This document shows positions 9,543 through 17,454 of a stretch of 64,000 nt of DNA, piece by piece (the stretch's first letter is position 1; every line of letters begins with the position of its first letter). This DNA is from Alphaproteobacteria bacterium. Lineage in GTDB: Bacteria; Pseudomonadota; Alphaproteobacteria; JACAEB01. The DNA is taken from the NCBI GenBank assembly GCA_013389075.1, contig JACAEB010000217.1:1981-65980 (forward strand), written 5' to 3'. The notes beneath the pieces are model-generated. The model was not told the DNA's origin and made no database searches. It was given only the letters and a program-made list of their open reading frames with translations. The translations under genes were made by a program, and so were the position numbers.

Positions 9543-11366
9543 GTGATCGCGACGGAAGCGGGACAGCGGAACGCTTATGCGACCCAGTATCACTTCGGAA
9601 CGGCGCCCCTCGCCGCCCTCCGGCATGGACGGGTCCTTGGGCTGCGCTATGATCGCCTGGAAGCTTCGATCCTGGAGGCGATTCGGGACCCCATGGCGGC
9701 CGATCTCATGCCTGTTCCCACAGCCCGACCACGGGTCACGATCGTCATGACGCCCCGTGAGCGCTTCACGCTGACGGAACGGGCGATTGATGCCGTTCGC
9801 GCCTCCACGGCGGTCCCGTTCCGCTTCATCTTCGCCTTCGCCGATCTGCCGGACTGGCTCGCGCCACGGCTCCGGCAGAGGGCGGACAAGGGTGAGATCG
9901 AGCTGCGCCAGGTTCGGGATGCCGCCTGGCCGAATCAGATCCGCATGGCGATCGCCGCTGATCTCGATACGGACTATGTCGTTTTCCTCGACAATGACGT
10001 CGTCCCCGAACCGGGATGGCTCGAGGCGCTGCTCGCCTGCGCGGACGAAACGGGCGCGGGCATCGTCGCGCCCCTCTATCTCTGGAGCGATGGAACCGGA
10101 CCCTCCGGGCGCATCCACATGGCCGGCGGGCGGCTGACCTGGATCGAGGGGCCGGACGGCTCCTCGCTGCGCGAGGAACACGCCCACATGAACGAGGAGG
10201 CCGAGGAGCTTGGCTCCGCCCTCTCCCGTCGCCCCTGCGATTTCGGCGAATATCACTGCCTGATGATCCGGGGCGATCTCGTCCGTTCCGGGATCGTCTT
10301 TCACGAACGAATCAATGCCCTCCACGAACATATTCACGCCTCGCTCGCCGCGCGCGAGCGCGGCCTTGCGACCTGGCTCGAGCCGGCCGCCCGGGTGACC
10401 TATCTCGCCTTCGCGCCCTACACGCTGCGCGATCTCGCCTATTACAGCCACCGGTGGAGCGCCGATGGCGGGGAGGAGAGCATCGCCGCCTTCGCCGAGC
10501 GCTGGGGCGTCCAGGACGACGAGATCTCCTTCGGAGGCGTCCGCCGCTTCCTTGCGCGCCATCGGGAGGATGTGACGCTGCTGCGCGCGGATGCCCCGGC
10601 CGGGCAGCTTGCCCGCACGATGCGCCCGGAGGATCTGGCACAGTCCCGCGCGCGCCTCCTCGACCAGGCGGCCGAGGCGGGATATCCACCCGCCGCCATC
10701 GCGGGTCTCGGCCGGGCCTGCCTCGCGGCCGCCTCGCTCCTCGATGGAGCCTACCGGGCCTGCGGGCGCCCCTTCCTGAACCACCTCGTGGGAACGGCGA
10801 GCGTCCTCCTCTTCTACCGCCTCCGCATCCAGACGGTTCTGGGTGGCCTGTTTCATGCCACCTTCACCCATGCGCCGACCATGACCACCGATCCGCAGAG
10901 CCAGCTCGCGCTCGTGACACAGGCGCTGGGCGGACCGGAGAAGACCCTCTCTCGCCTCGTCCACAGCTACGCGACACGGCGCCATCGCTGGAAAGCCCTT
11001 CCGGCGGGACCGAAAGCGCTCGAGGACCTGTCGCTGCTGGATGCCGAGGTCCTTGTGATCGCGGCGGCCAATGAAGCCGAGATGTGGCTGAGCGGGGAGC
11101 TCCGCCACGCTCCGGCCGGCCGCGAGATGACACGGCCGGTCGAGACGCTCGCAAAGGAAGCGCTCGCGACGATCGGCCTGCCCGGCCTGTCCCTCCTCCT
11201 GACCCAGATCGCCGCGACCCCGCCCGCCCCCGCGCCGGCCGGCACGGCCATCGGCGCCCCGGCCGCCTTCATGTTCCGCAGCGGCGCCCTCGTGCCCGTT
11301 CCCAATCCGCTGGCGCTCGTGACCAAGGCGTCATTGAGCCATCCGACCCGCTCGGCGGCCCGCTGA
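9543..11366 (+). CDS. Glycosyltransferase family 2 fused to a C-terminal degenerate HD (SpoT/Mesh1-like) domain
   Basis: GT2 core (PRVTIVMTP…FLDNDVVPEPGWLEAL). C-terminal region GRPFLNHLVGTASVLL…LGGLFHATFTH…DAEVLVIAAANEAEM aligns with the HD-domain pattern (PYI-H-PL…LLHD…IKLADRLHNM), with catalytic D/H replaced. GTG start sits 5 nt after GAGGAG. Confidence 0.65.
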   Translation: MIATEAGQRNAYATQYHFGTAPLAALRHGRVLGLRYDRLEASILEAIRDPMAADLMPVPTARPRVTIVMTPRERFTLTERAIDAVRASTAVPFRFIFAFADLPDWLAPRLRQRADKGEIELRQVRDAAWPNQIRMAIAADLDTDYVVFLDNDVVPEPGWLEALLACADETGAGIVAPLYLWSDGTGPSGRIHMAGGRLTWIEGPDGSSLREEHAHMNEEAEELGSALSRRPCDFGEYHCLMIRGDLVRSGIVFHERINALHEHIHASLAARERGLATWLEPAARVTYLAFAPYTLRDLAYYSHRWSADGGEESIAAFAERWGVQDDEISFGGVRRFLARHREDVTLLRADAPAGQLARTMRPEDLAQSRARLLDQAAEAGYPPAAIAGLGRACLAAASLLDGAYRACGRPFLNHLVGTASVLLFYRLRIQTVLGGLFHATFTHAPTMTTDPQSQLALVTQALGGPEKTLSRLVHSYATRRHRWKALPAGPKALEDLSLLDAEVLVIAAANEAEMWLSGELRHAPAGREMTRPVETLAKEALATIGLPGLSLLLTQIAATPPAPAPAGTAIGAPAAFMFRSGALVPVPNPLALVTKASLSHPTRSAAR

Positions 11367-11369
11367 GAC

Positions 11370-11957
11370 TCAGCCGCGTCCGGTCGGTTCGTCCCGCAAC
11401 GTCAGTGCCCCAATCGCCCTCACCGTGCTCGCCTGAGGGCCGGCGGGGCTTTCGGCCTCCGCGACGGCGAGTTCGACCGGCGTGTCGGGGGAGAGATCCT
11501 CGAAGCGGGGATCCACGACGGCGTTCTTGTGAAAGTAGATCTCGCGCCCGTCCGTGGTCGCGATAAATCCGTAGTCGGAGAAAAGACGAAGAACGCGGCC
11601 TTGCAGCGGACCGGCAAGCGTCTTCACATCGCCACGCACCTTCTGGGAGTGGTGCTCGAGCTGGCGCTCCATCGCGTCGAAGGCATCGCGCACCGCAAGA
11701 TACGAATCCAAATGGGCCTCGGCACTGCCGGGGTCGCGGCTGACCACGAGTTCGCGATCGGGCACGCGCACCTCGATCCGGACGTGATAGGCCCGCGAGG
11801 CCTGAGAGGGGCTGCGATGGGGGACCTCGACCACGACGCGGCACGAATTGATGTGGCGGAAGAAGCGATGCAGCTTGTCGGCCCGCTCGCGCACCCGGGC
11901 CTCGAGGGCGGACGAGCTGTCCATATTGTGGAAGGCGATCTCGAGCGGCGTGTCCAT
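11370..11957 (-). CDS. hpf: Ribosome hibernation promoting factor, long form
   Basis: 195 aa. N-terminal RaiA/HPF domain (MDTPLEIAFHNMD…AYHVRIEVRVP…) plus a C-terminal dimerisation-type domain (GRVLRLFSDYGFIATTDGREIYFHKN). Confidence 0.8.
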   Translation of the reverse strand: MDTPLEIAFHNMDSSSALEARVRERADKLHRFFRHINSCRVVVEVPHRSPSQASRAYHVRIEVRVPDRELVVSRDPGSAEAHLDSYLAVRDAFDAMERQLEHHSQKVRGDVKTLAGPLQGRVLRLFSDYGFIATTDGREIYFHKNAVVDPRFEDLSPDTPVELAVAEAESPAGPQASTVRAIGALTLRDEPTGRG

Positions 11958-11998
11958 GGCGTTGTTCCCTTCGTGGATTGAGCCCCGGCCCCGGTCGA

Positions 11999-12652
11999 TC
12001 ACTTTGGCGCCTGCCCTTCCGCGCCGATGAGCGGCACGAATGCGACGGCATCGAAGAATGCCTGCTCCAGTTCCCCGCCCTTCCGGACGAGACTGCGGAC
12101 GAGCCGCTCCTGGCCGGGCGGACCGATCGGAGCGATGAGGCGGCCGCCAGGGGCAAGCTGGTCGAGAAGCGCTGCCGGCACATGGGGCGCCGCCGCGGCG
12201 ACGATGATCGCATCGAAGGGCGCTGCTTCCGGCCAGCCGAGGGACCCATCGCCGCACCGCAGACGGACCGTCCGTATACCGCAGTCGGCGAGCGCCCTCC
12301 GGGCGGCCTCGAGGAGGCTTGCATGCCGCTCGATGGAATAGACCTCCGCCGCTAGGCCCGCCAGAACGGCCGCGCCATAGCCTGACCCGGTTCCCACGTC
12401 GAGCACGCGGTCCTTCTGTCCGATGGCGGCGAGTTGGGCCATGCGCGCGACGATGTAGGGCTGCGAAATCGTCTGCCCCTCGCCGATGGGAAGCGGCGTG
12501 TCCGCATAGGCGCGGGCCGCCAGTTCGCGCGGCACGAACCGTTCGCGCGGGACCGCCGCCATGGCGGCCAGGACTCGTGCATCGGTGATGCCATAGGCGG
12601 CGAGCTGCGCCAGCATGGCTTTCCGCGTCGGCGAATGGGCGTCTGCGCTCAT
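11999..12652 (-). CDS. pcm: Protein-L-isoaspartate O-methyltransferase
   Basis: 217 aa. SAM-binding motif VLDVGTGSGYGAAVLA. Conserved PIMT C-terminus. Confidence 0.9.
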   Translation of the reverse strand: MSADAHSPTRKAMLAQLAAYGITDARVLAAMAAVPRERFVPRELAARAYADTPLPIGEGQTISQPYIVARMAQLAAIGQKDRVLDVGTGSGYGAAVLAGLAAEVYSIERHASLLEAARRALADCGIRTVRLRCGDGSLGWPEAAPFDAIIVAAAAPHVPAALLDQLAPGGRLIAPIGPPGQERLVRSLVRKGGELEQAFFDAVAFVPLIGAEGQAPK

Positions 12653-12735
12653 GGTCGGGTCCGGTGTCGGGTCCGGTCGTCCCGCAACGGCCGGGCCCCG
12701 AAGGGAGCACCCGCCGCGCCTCGGGGAAGCCGAGA

Positions 12736-12924
12736 TCAATATCCATACCAGAGCCCGCCCATGACCGCGAGCAGCACGAGCCCGACCAGTCCTGCGATGA
12801 ACAGGACCTGTTGCCAGGGGCGATGGAGAACCACGATCGGCCCGCGGGCCCGATCGGCCGGCTGATCGCTGCGTGAGGCCGGAGCTCGCGCGTCCCGCCC
12901 GGTGCCGTCTGCGTTGCGGTCCAT
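12736..12924 (-). CDS. Small hypothetical membrane-anchored protein (62 aa)
   Basis: Start MDRNADG. C-terminal TM VLFIAGLVGLVLLAVMGGLWYGY. Weak RBS, no homology recognised. Confidence 0.25.
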   Translation of the reverse strand: MDRNADGTGRDARAPASRSDQPADRARGPIVVLHRPWQQVLFIAGLVGLVLLAVMGGLWYGY

Positions 12925-13149
12925 CCCCTGAAAACCCTTGCCGCGACACCGGGTTGCGCTCACGTCCCACGCATCGGGAGAGGCGGAAGATCCTCCGCCC
13001 ACGTCCCCCATCCCGACGGCGAGCGGCAGCAGCACTCAGGACCGGGAACCTTGCCGGATGTCCACACTTGTCCCCATGCGCCTGCCGGCCGGACAGCCGA
13101 TGCGGGACGCGCGATCACACCCCTCTTCATGAATGACGGGAGACGCACA

Positions 13150-13509
13150 ATGCCTTCAAGACCATCCCTGCGAACGAGCGCTATCGCACTCGCCGCCGCC
13201 CTCGGTCTCGGGCTCACCGCCAGCGCCGCCAACGCGCAATGGTGGGACGACGAGGAGCTCTACGAGGACAATGCCTACTCGGAGGGCTATTACGACGACT
13301 ACGAATATGACGACTGGTACTACGACGAATACGACGAGAGCTTCTACGATGACGAGGACTGGGGCTGGAATGACGACTACGAGTACGACGACACCAGCTA
13401 CTATGACGGGTACGGATATACGCCGACCGAGGATTACAGCGACTATTACGAGCCCGACTATCTGACCGAGGACGGCGATTTCGATCGGGAGTGGTGGGAC
13501 TGGTTCTGA
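13150..13509 (+). CDS. Secreted, extremely acidic Tyr/Trp/Asp-rich low-complexity protein (about 120 aa)
   Basis: RBS GGGAGA. Signal peptide MPSRPSLRTSAIALAAALGLGLTASAANA. Mature part is QWWDDEELYEDNAYSEGYYDDYEYDDWYYDEYDESFYDDEDWGWNDDYEYDDTSYYDGYGYTPTEDYSDYYEPDYLTEDGDFDREWWDWF. Confidence 0.6.
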   Translation: MPSRPSLRTSAIALAAALGLGLTASAANAQWWDDEELYEDNAYSEGYYDDYEYDDWYYDEYDESFYDDEDWGWNDDYEYDDTSYYDGYGYTPTEDYSDYYEPDYLTEDGDFDREWWDWF

Positions 13510-13557
13510 TCCGGACACCGCCTCACCGATCTCCCACCAGACACAAGGAGGGCTCCC

Positions 13558-14421
13558 ATGCCCAGCACCTACCAGAAGACGCCGCTGAGGCTGACCAAGG
13601 TCTCATCCCTCGCGCTGCTGAGCGCCGCCCTTTTCGCCACCCCCGCCGTGGCCGGCGACAAGGGCGGTGACAGCTATGGAAAGAAGAAGAGCGGTTATGA
13701 GCAAGGCATGAAACGCCATGGCTCCGACAAGGGCGACCAAAAGAGCCAAAGGAGTGACATGAACCGCTCGCAGCAGCAGCAGCAGGCCGGCCGCACCCTG
13801 ACGGGCACCGTGGTCCAGACCAAGGAGGTCCGTCGTCGCGATACCGGCAAGACCAATCTTGTCGCGCAGATCGAGCGGCAGAACGGGGAACGGATCATCG
13901 TCGACCTCGGCAACACCGACCAGTGGTACCAGGACGATTTCCAGAATGGCGACCGTGTCTCGATATCCGGAAACCCCGGTCGCGTCGGCAACCGCCTCGT
14001 CTATTTCGCCAAGACCGCCACGATCGACAACGAGCAGGTCAAGATCGAACGCGATCCGGGAAACCGCAAGTCGAAGACCCAGAACGATTCGCGTCAGATC
14101 GAGGGGCAGGTGTCCCAGACGCGGCAGATGAACGTTCGCGGTCAGGACACGCAGACCGTCTGGGCGCTGATCACCACCGATCAGGGCAATTATGTCGTCG
14201 ATCTCGGCGAGGCGCGCGACTTCAGCGCGAGCGATCTCAACAACCAAACGGTGAGCGCGCGAGGCCGCGACGTGCGCGTGCGTGATCGCATCGTCTTTCT
14301 CACCGACCAGTTCCGCATGAACGGACAGACCTACACGGCACTCCGGCCGGCCCGTGTCATCATGGGCTATGCCCGGAATGAGTCCGCACAGTCGGGCAAT
14401 CAGCAGAGCGGTCGACGCTAG
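13558..14421 (+). CDS. Secreted protein with two tandem ~85-aa beta-rich repeats and a polar Q-rich linker
   Basis: RBS AAGGAGGG. Signal peptide. Internal repeat: GERIIVDLGNTDQW…GDRVSISG…RLVYFAKTATIDNEQVKIER versus GNYVVDLGEARDFSASDL…QTVSARGRDVRVRDRIVFLTDQF…ALRP. Confidence 0.65.
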   Translation: MPSTYQKTPLRLTKVSSLALLSAALFATPAVAGDKGGDSYGKKKSGYEQGMKRHGSDKGDQKSQRSDMNRSQQQQQAGRTLTGTVVQTKEVRRRDTGKTNLVAQIERQNGERIIVDLGNTDQWYQDDFQNGDRVSISGNPGRVGNRLVYFAKTATIDNEQVKIERDPGNRKSKTQNDSRQIEGQVSQTRQMNVRGQDTQTVWALITTDQGNYVVDLGEARDFSASDLNNQTVSARGRDVRVRDRIVFLTDQFRMNGQTYTALRPARVIMGYARNESAQSGNQQSGRR

Positions 14422-14444
14422 GACCGGCATCGTCGCCACGAGGC

Positions 14445-14476
14445 AAAGGGCTGGGCTCTTCCGAGCCCGGCCCTTT
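14445..14476. terminator. Bidirectional hairpin between convergent genes
   Basis: AAAGGGCTGGGCTC-ttcc-GAGCCCGGCCCTTT. Confidence 0.5.
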
Positions 14477-14580
14477 CATTGCGCCTCATCTTTCCGTAAG
14501 GGTCATCATCCGGCCGCACAGGAAGGCGCCCGGGCGCCTGAACGGCATCCCGGGCGCCCGATGCAAAGTCCGGCGGATGG

Positions 14581-14655
14581 TCAGGCGAGCCCGACGAGCG
14601 AGAGCACGGCCAGCACGACCACGACGAGCCCGATCACATAGAAGACATTGTACAT
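14581..14655 (-). CDS. Uncalled 24-aa hydrophobic peptide (MYNVFYVIGLVVVVLAVLSLVGLA)
   Basis: Below the ORF-track size cutoff. AAGGAGG sits 6 nt upstream of ATG. Single TM helix. Lies immediately downstream of the DUF3618 stress gene on the same strand. Confidence 0.45.
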   Translation of the reverse strand: MYNVFYVIGLVVVVLAVLSLVGLA

Positions 14656-14683
14656 TCGAACCTCCTTTTCGGAGCCAATCCGC

Positions 14684-15853
14684 CTACGGAACAGTGGATC
14701 CGGGCGGCGAGACCGAACCCGCACCATTGCCATGGCGATGGGCTTCCGCTTCGGCGCGTCCGGCGTCGATCGCCTCCTCGCCGACGCGGCGCGCCTTTTC
14801 GACGACCGAGTTCGCGGCCCGGGCGGCGTCCTCCGGCGTCAGGCCCTCGCGACGAGCCGCTTCCGAGGCGGCCTCGCCCATCCGCCCGGCCACGTCGCCC
14901 GCCGTCGTCGCCGCATCGCGGGCCGCCCCTCGCGCGGCCTCCCGGAGCTCGCTGCCGGTCTCTCCGAGCCAGCGATCTTCCGTCCGCGTGCGCGGAAGCA
15001 GGCTGCCCAGAAGAGCGCCGAGGGCAACGCCGACGGCGCCCACGACGAGCGGATGATCGTCATAGTACTGACTTGCCTGGTGCCCGAGGGCGCGGGCGCG
15101 ATCAGCGCCCGCATGCGCGGCGTGCCGGGCGCCGTCCCTCGTGCCGTGCCAGAGCCGGGCCCCCTGGGCGGCGATCCTGTGACGGGCGCGGCTCGCCCGC
15201 TCCGAAAGCGATTCGAACGCGTGGTCGACCCGCTCCCGGAAGGCGTGGACTTCTTCTTCCGCGCTCTTCTTGAGCCCGAGCGCGCCGGCCTTGGCCTCGG
15301 CAAGGCGCTCGCTGAAGCGATCCGCCATCTCGCCCGTCTCCTGGCGGACGCCGGACAAGGTCCGGTGGACGCGGTCATGATGTTCGACCGCTTCCAGATC
15401 ATCCGGATCGAGAGGTTCTTCGCGGTAATAGGCACCGTGATATCCGCGCGCGAAGCCGGTATCGCCCGATGCCGGCGTGGGGCCGATGGTCTCGTGGGGC
15501 GAGACGCCGCCCGCATCGTGCCGGGGCATGGTGGGCGCGAAGGCATTCGCGCTTCCCGATCCCGCGAACGCACCATTGCCCGAATGGCCAGCGCCCGTCC
15601 GATGACGCGCGTCCGACATCATCAGCCAGGCGACACCTGTCACCACGAGGGCGAGCGGGAGCGGATCGGCCTTCACCCGACGCGCAATGTTCTCGCCGAA
15701 CTCGGCGCCTTCCTGCCGCGCAAGGCCCAACGCCCGGTCGAGCAGCTCGCCGGGGCTGATACGATCCTTCAACGCCTCGATGGTTTCGTCCATCTCGGCG
15801 CGCGTCCCGCGGATCTCGCCTTCGAGTTCGGCGGATCGTGCATGTGCGCTCAT
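14684..15853 (-). CDS. DUF3618 domain-containing stress protein (membrane-anchored)
   Basis: N-terminal DUF3618-like coiled region (SAELEGEIRGTRAEMDETIEALKDRISPGELLD) with a TM segment. Ends at TAG. Confidence 0.7.
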   Translation of the reverse strand: MSAHARSAELEGEIRGTRAEMDETIEALKDRISPGELLDRALGLARQEGAEFGENIARRVKADPLPLALVVTGVAWLMMSDARHRTGAGHSGNGAFAGSGSANAFAPTMPRHDAGGVSPHETIGPTPASGDTGFARGYHGAYYREEPLDPDDLEAVEHHDRVHRTLSGVRQETGEMADRFSERLAEAKAGALGLKKSAEEEVHAFRERVDHAFESLSERASRARHRIAAQGARLWHGTRDGARHAAHAGADRARALGHQASQYYDDHPLVVGAVGVALGALLGSLLPRTRTEDRWLGETGSELREAARGAARDAATTAGDVAGRMGEAASEAARREGLTPEDAARAANSVVEKARRVGEEAIDAGRAEAEAHRHGNGAGSVSPPGSTVP

Positions 15854-16275
15854 TTCATCTTTTCCTTTGCGAATTTGGCGTCATCCCGGACCGTCTGGAC
15901 GGTGCGACCGGGAATGAGGTTGTAGGCGGACAGTTCCGAGCGGCCGCGCAGAACCAGCGCCAGACCGATCACGGCGACGACGCCCACGATGATTGCGGCC
16001 AGCCAGGCGGGCATCGCGCGCGCCAGGCCGTAGACGACGGCATCGAGCAGAACGATCAGCGCCGCGAGCGAGAGGATCAGGCCCGTGGCCAGCGACACGA
16101 TGCCGCCCATGACATCGCCGGCCTTCTCCGACATCTCGGCGCGCGCAAGCGCGATCTCCTGACGGAACAGCGTGCTCAGCTGTCCGACGAGGTCGCGCAG
16201 GAGCGCCCCGATGGACCTTGGGTCTTCGCGGCCATCCCTCGCATTGAGGTGGACATCGTGCGGAATATCGCTCAT
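15850..16275 (-). CDS. Phage holin family / DUF1469-like membrane protein of general-stress clusters
   Basis: 141 aa with two TM segments. RBS GGAGGAGG. ATGA-type overlap with neighbours. Confidence 0.7.
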   Translation of the reverse strand: MSDIPHDVHLNARDGREDPRSIGALLRDLVGQLSTLFRQEIALARAEMSEKAGDVMGGIVSLATGLILSLAALIVLLDAVVYGLARAMPAWLAAIIVGVVAVIGLALVLRGRSELSAYNLIPGRTVQTVRDDAKFAKEKMK

Positions 16276-16811
16276 GGCAGGCCTCCTCCTGTCTCGTCCA
16301 GTCCGGTCGGATCGGCATAGGGCGTATACGGATCGGTGTCGCGCGTCCGGCCGGCCGCTTGGCCCGCACGGGCCAGCCGGCTGAGAGCAAGGCCGAGAGC
16401 CACCGATCCGCCCAGAAACAGGGCTGGCTGGTGTCGCGCGAAATCGCTGACCTCATGCGAGAGCGCGCTCATGTTCTGTGACCGGATGTGTTCCGATGCC
16501 TGATCCACTCTGCGCGCCGCCTGCTCGGCGGCGTTCGAAATCAGGCGATCCCGGTCCTTCAACACATCGGCGGAGGCCCTGAGGCCGGCGGCGAGCGCGT
16601 CGAAATGACCGGCGATGGCGCGTTTGCCCTGCTCGGCGGCATTGCCGGCCTCGGCGCGCAGTCCCTCCGTCACCTCGTCGACCGCCTCGCGCGCGCTCTG
16701 CCGCAGAGCCTTCGGCGCTTCCCGCAGCTTCTCGACGGTTTCCTCCGTCCGGGCCGGACCGGGCTCGCCGGTCCCGGCGCCTTGGGGATGGTCGGATGGG
16801 CTTTCGGACAT
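16272..16811 (-). CDS. DUF883 (ElaB/YqjD-like) stress protein with C-terminal TM anchor
   Basis: 179 aa. Coiled N-terminus and C-terminal PALFLGGSVALGLALSRLA. RBS GAGGAGG. Confidence 0.7.
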   Translation of the reverse strand: MSESPSDHPQGAGTGEPGPARTEETVEKLREAPKALRQSAREAVDEVTEGLRAEAGNAAEQGKRAIAGHFDALAAGLRASADVLKDRDRLISNAAEQAARRVDQASEHIRSQNMSALSHEVSDFARHQPALFLGGSVALGLALSRLARAGQAAGRTRDTDPYTPYADPTGLDETGGGLP

Positions 16812-16854
16812 TACGGGCCTCCTCTTGTTGGTCGTGTGGCTCCCGGCGCGCCGG

Positions 16855-17298
16855 TCAGTCGGCCTTCAGGGACTGATAGTGAGCGCCCATTTCCTCGGCC
16901 TTCTTCTCGTCGATGACCTCCTGCGCCTGCGGAAACATCTCATCCTCCTCGTCGGAGATGTGATGCTCGAGCGCCTCCTTCAGCTCCCGGATCTTCTCGA
17001 TGAACTCGTCGGAGGTCTTGTCCATCGCCGAAAGCTCATCGAGCATGGTTTTCGCTTCCTCATGCTCGCTCAGCGCATCGCGAACTTCCTCGCGCGCCTC
17101 GCTGTCGGCCTTCTCCTTGCGGAACTGCGGATAGAACTCCTCCTCCTCGAAGCGCGTATGCACCTCGAGATCGGCCTTGATCTCCTCGAACAGCTTCTCG
17201 CGTGTCCGCTCCGCGCCGTCGGAGCTGTCCAGAATCTTGGACAGCGCAGAGGTCACCTTCTCGTGATCATCGTGCAGCATCTTGTAGATGGTCGGCAT
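16855..17298 (-). CDS. Hemerythrin HHE cation-binding domain protein
   Basis: H…HxxxE and HxxxxE spacing (MLHDDHEKV…EVHTRFEEEEFYP…LEHHISDEEDEMFP). Start at the second ATG, 6 nt after AAGGAG. Confidence 0.8.
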   Translation of the reverse strand: MPTIYKMLHDDHEKVTSALSKILDSSDGAERTREKLFEEIKADLEVHTRFEEEEFYPQFRKEKADSEAREEVRDALSEHEEAKTMLDELSAMDKTSDEFIEKIRELKEALEHHISDEEDEMFPQAQEVIDEKKAEEMGAHYQSLKAD

Positions 17299-17343
17299 GT
17301 GCATCTCCTTCAGCGGGCGGACGGCCACACGGCTTCCTGCCCT

Positions 17344-17379
17344 TCGCAGCCAAAACCCGGGGCTTGGGCAATCTGTTCC
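17344..17379 (-). promoter_or_regulatory. EcfG-type promoter-like element GGAAC-N17-GGTT upstream of the hemerythrin stress operon
   Basis: Minus-strand GGAAC (17379..17375) and GGTT (17357..17354). Shares the palindrome CTGTTCCCC-N8-GGGGAACAG (17373..17398) with the plus-strand promoter. Confidence 0.4.
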
Positions 17380-17391
17380 CCCGCCTCACGG

Positions 17392-17416
17392 GGAACAGCG
17401 GGGCTCCTTGCGCGTT
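17392..17416 (+). promoter_or_regulatory. EcfG (general stress response sigma)-type promoter GGAAC-N16-CGTT upstream of ku
   Basis: GGAAC at 17392-96, 16-nt spacer, CGTT at 17413-16. ku GTG at 17455. Confidence 0.5.
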
Positions 17417-17454
17417 TTTCCGGATCGGGCGGAGCATCGAGGAGCAAGCAAGCT

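Noticed and set aside
11370-11700. Cold-shock-domain fusion on HPF (C-terminal GRVLRLFSDYGFIATTDGREIYFHKN resembles the CSD GFGFI…DVFVH motif)
   Set aside because: This is the standard C-terminal dimerisation domain of long-form HPF (pattern FF-x-F…V-YRR-DG-x-GLI). The overall 195-aa length is typical for alphaproteobacterial long HPF.
11925-12652. Apparent single-base differences between the printed sequence and the ORF-track translations (near 11940, 12600 and 61245), which could be read as frameshifts in hpf, pcm or mmsA
   Set aside because: The ORF track gives continuous, full-length, well-conserved proteins for all three genes. The discrepancies most likely come from my reading of the text at line boundaries. 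I followed the track coordinates and flagged hand-derived positions as ±1 nt.
12925-13150. EcfG-like motif GGAAC-N17-CTTG upstream of the acidic secreted protein gene
   Set aside because: The -10 element does not match (C/G)GTT, and the motif overlaps the annotated start region. Kept only as a weak possibility.
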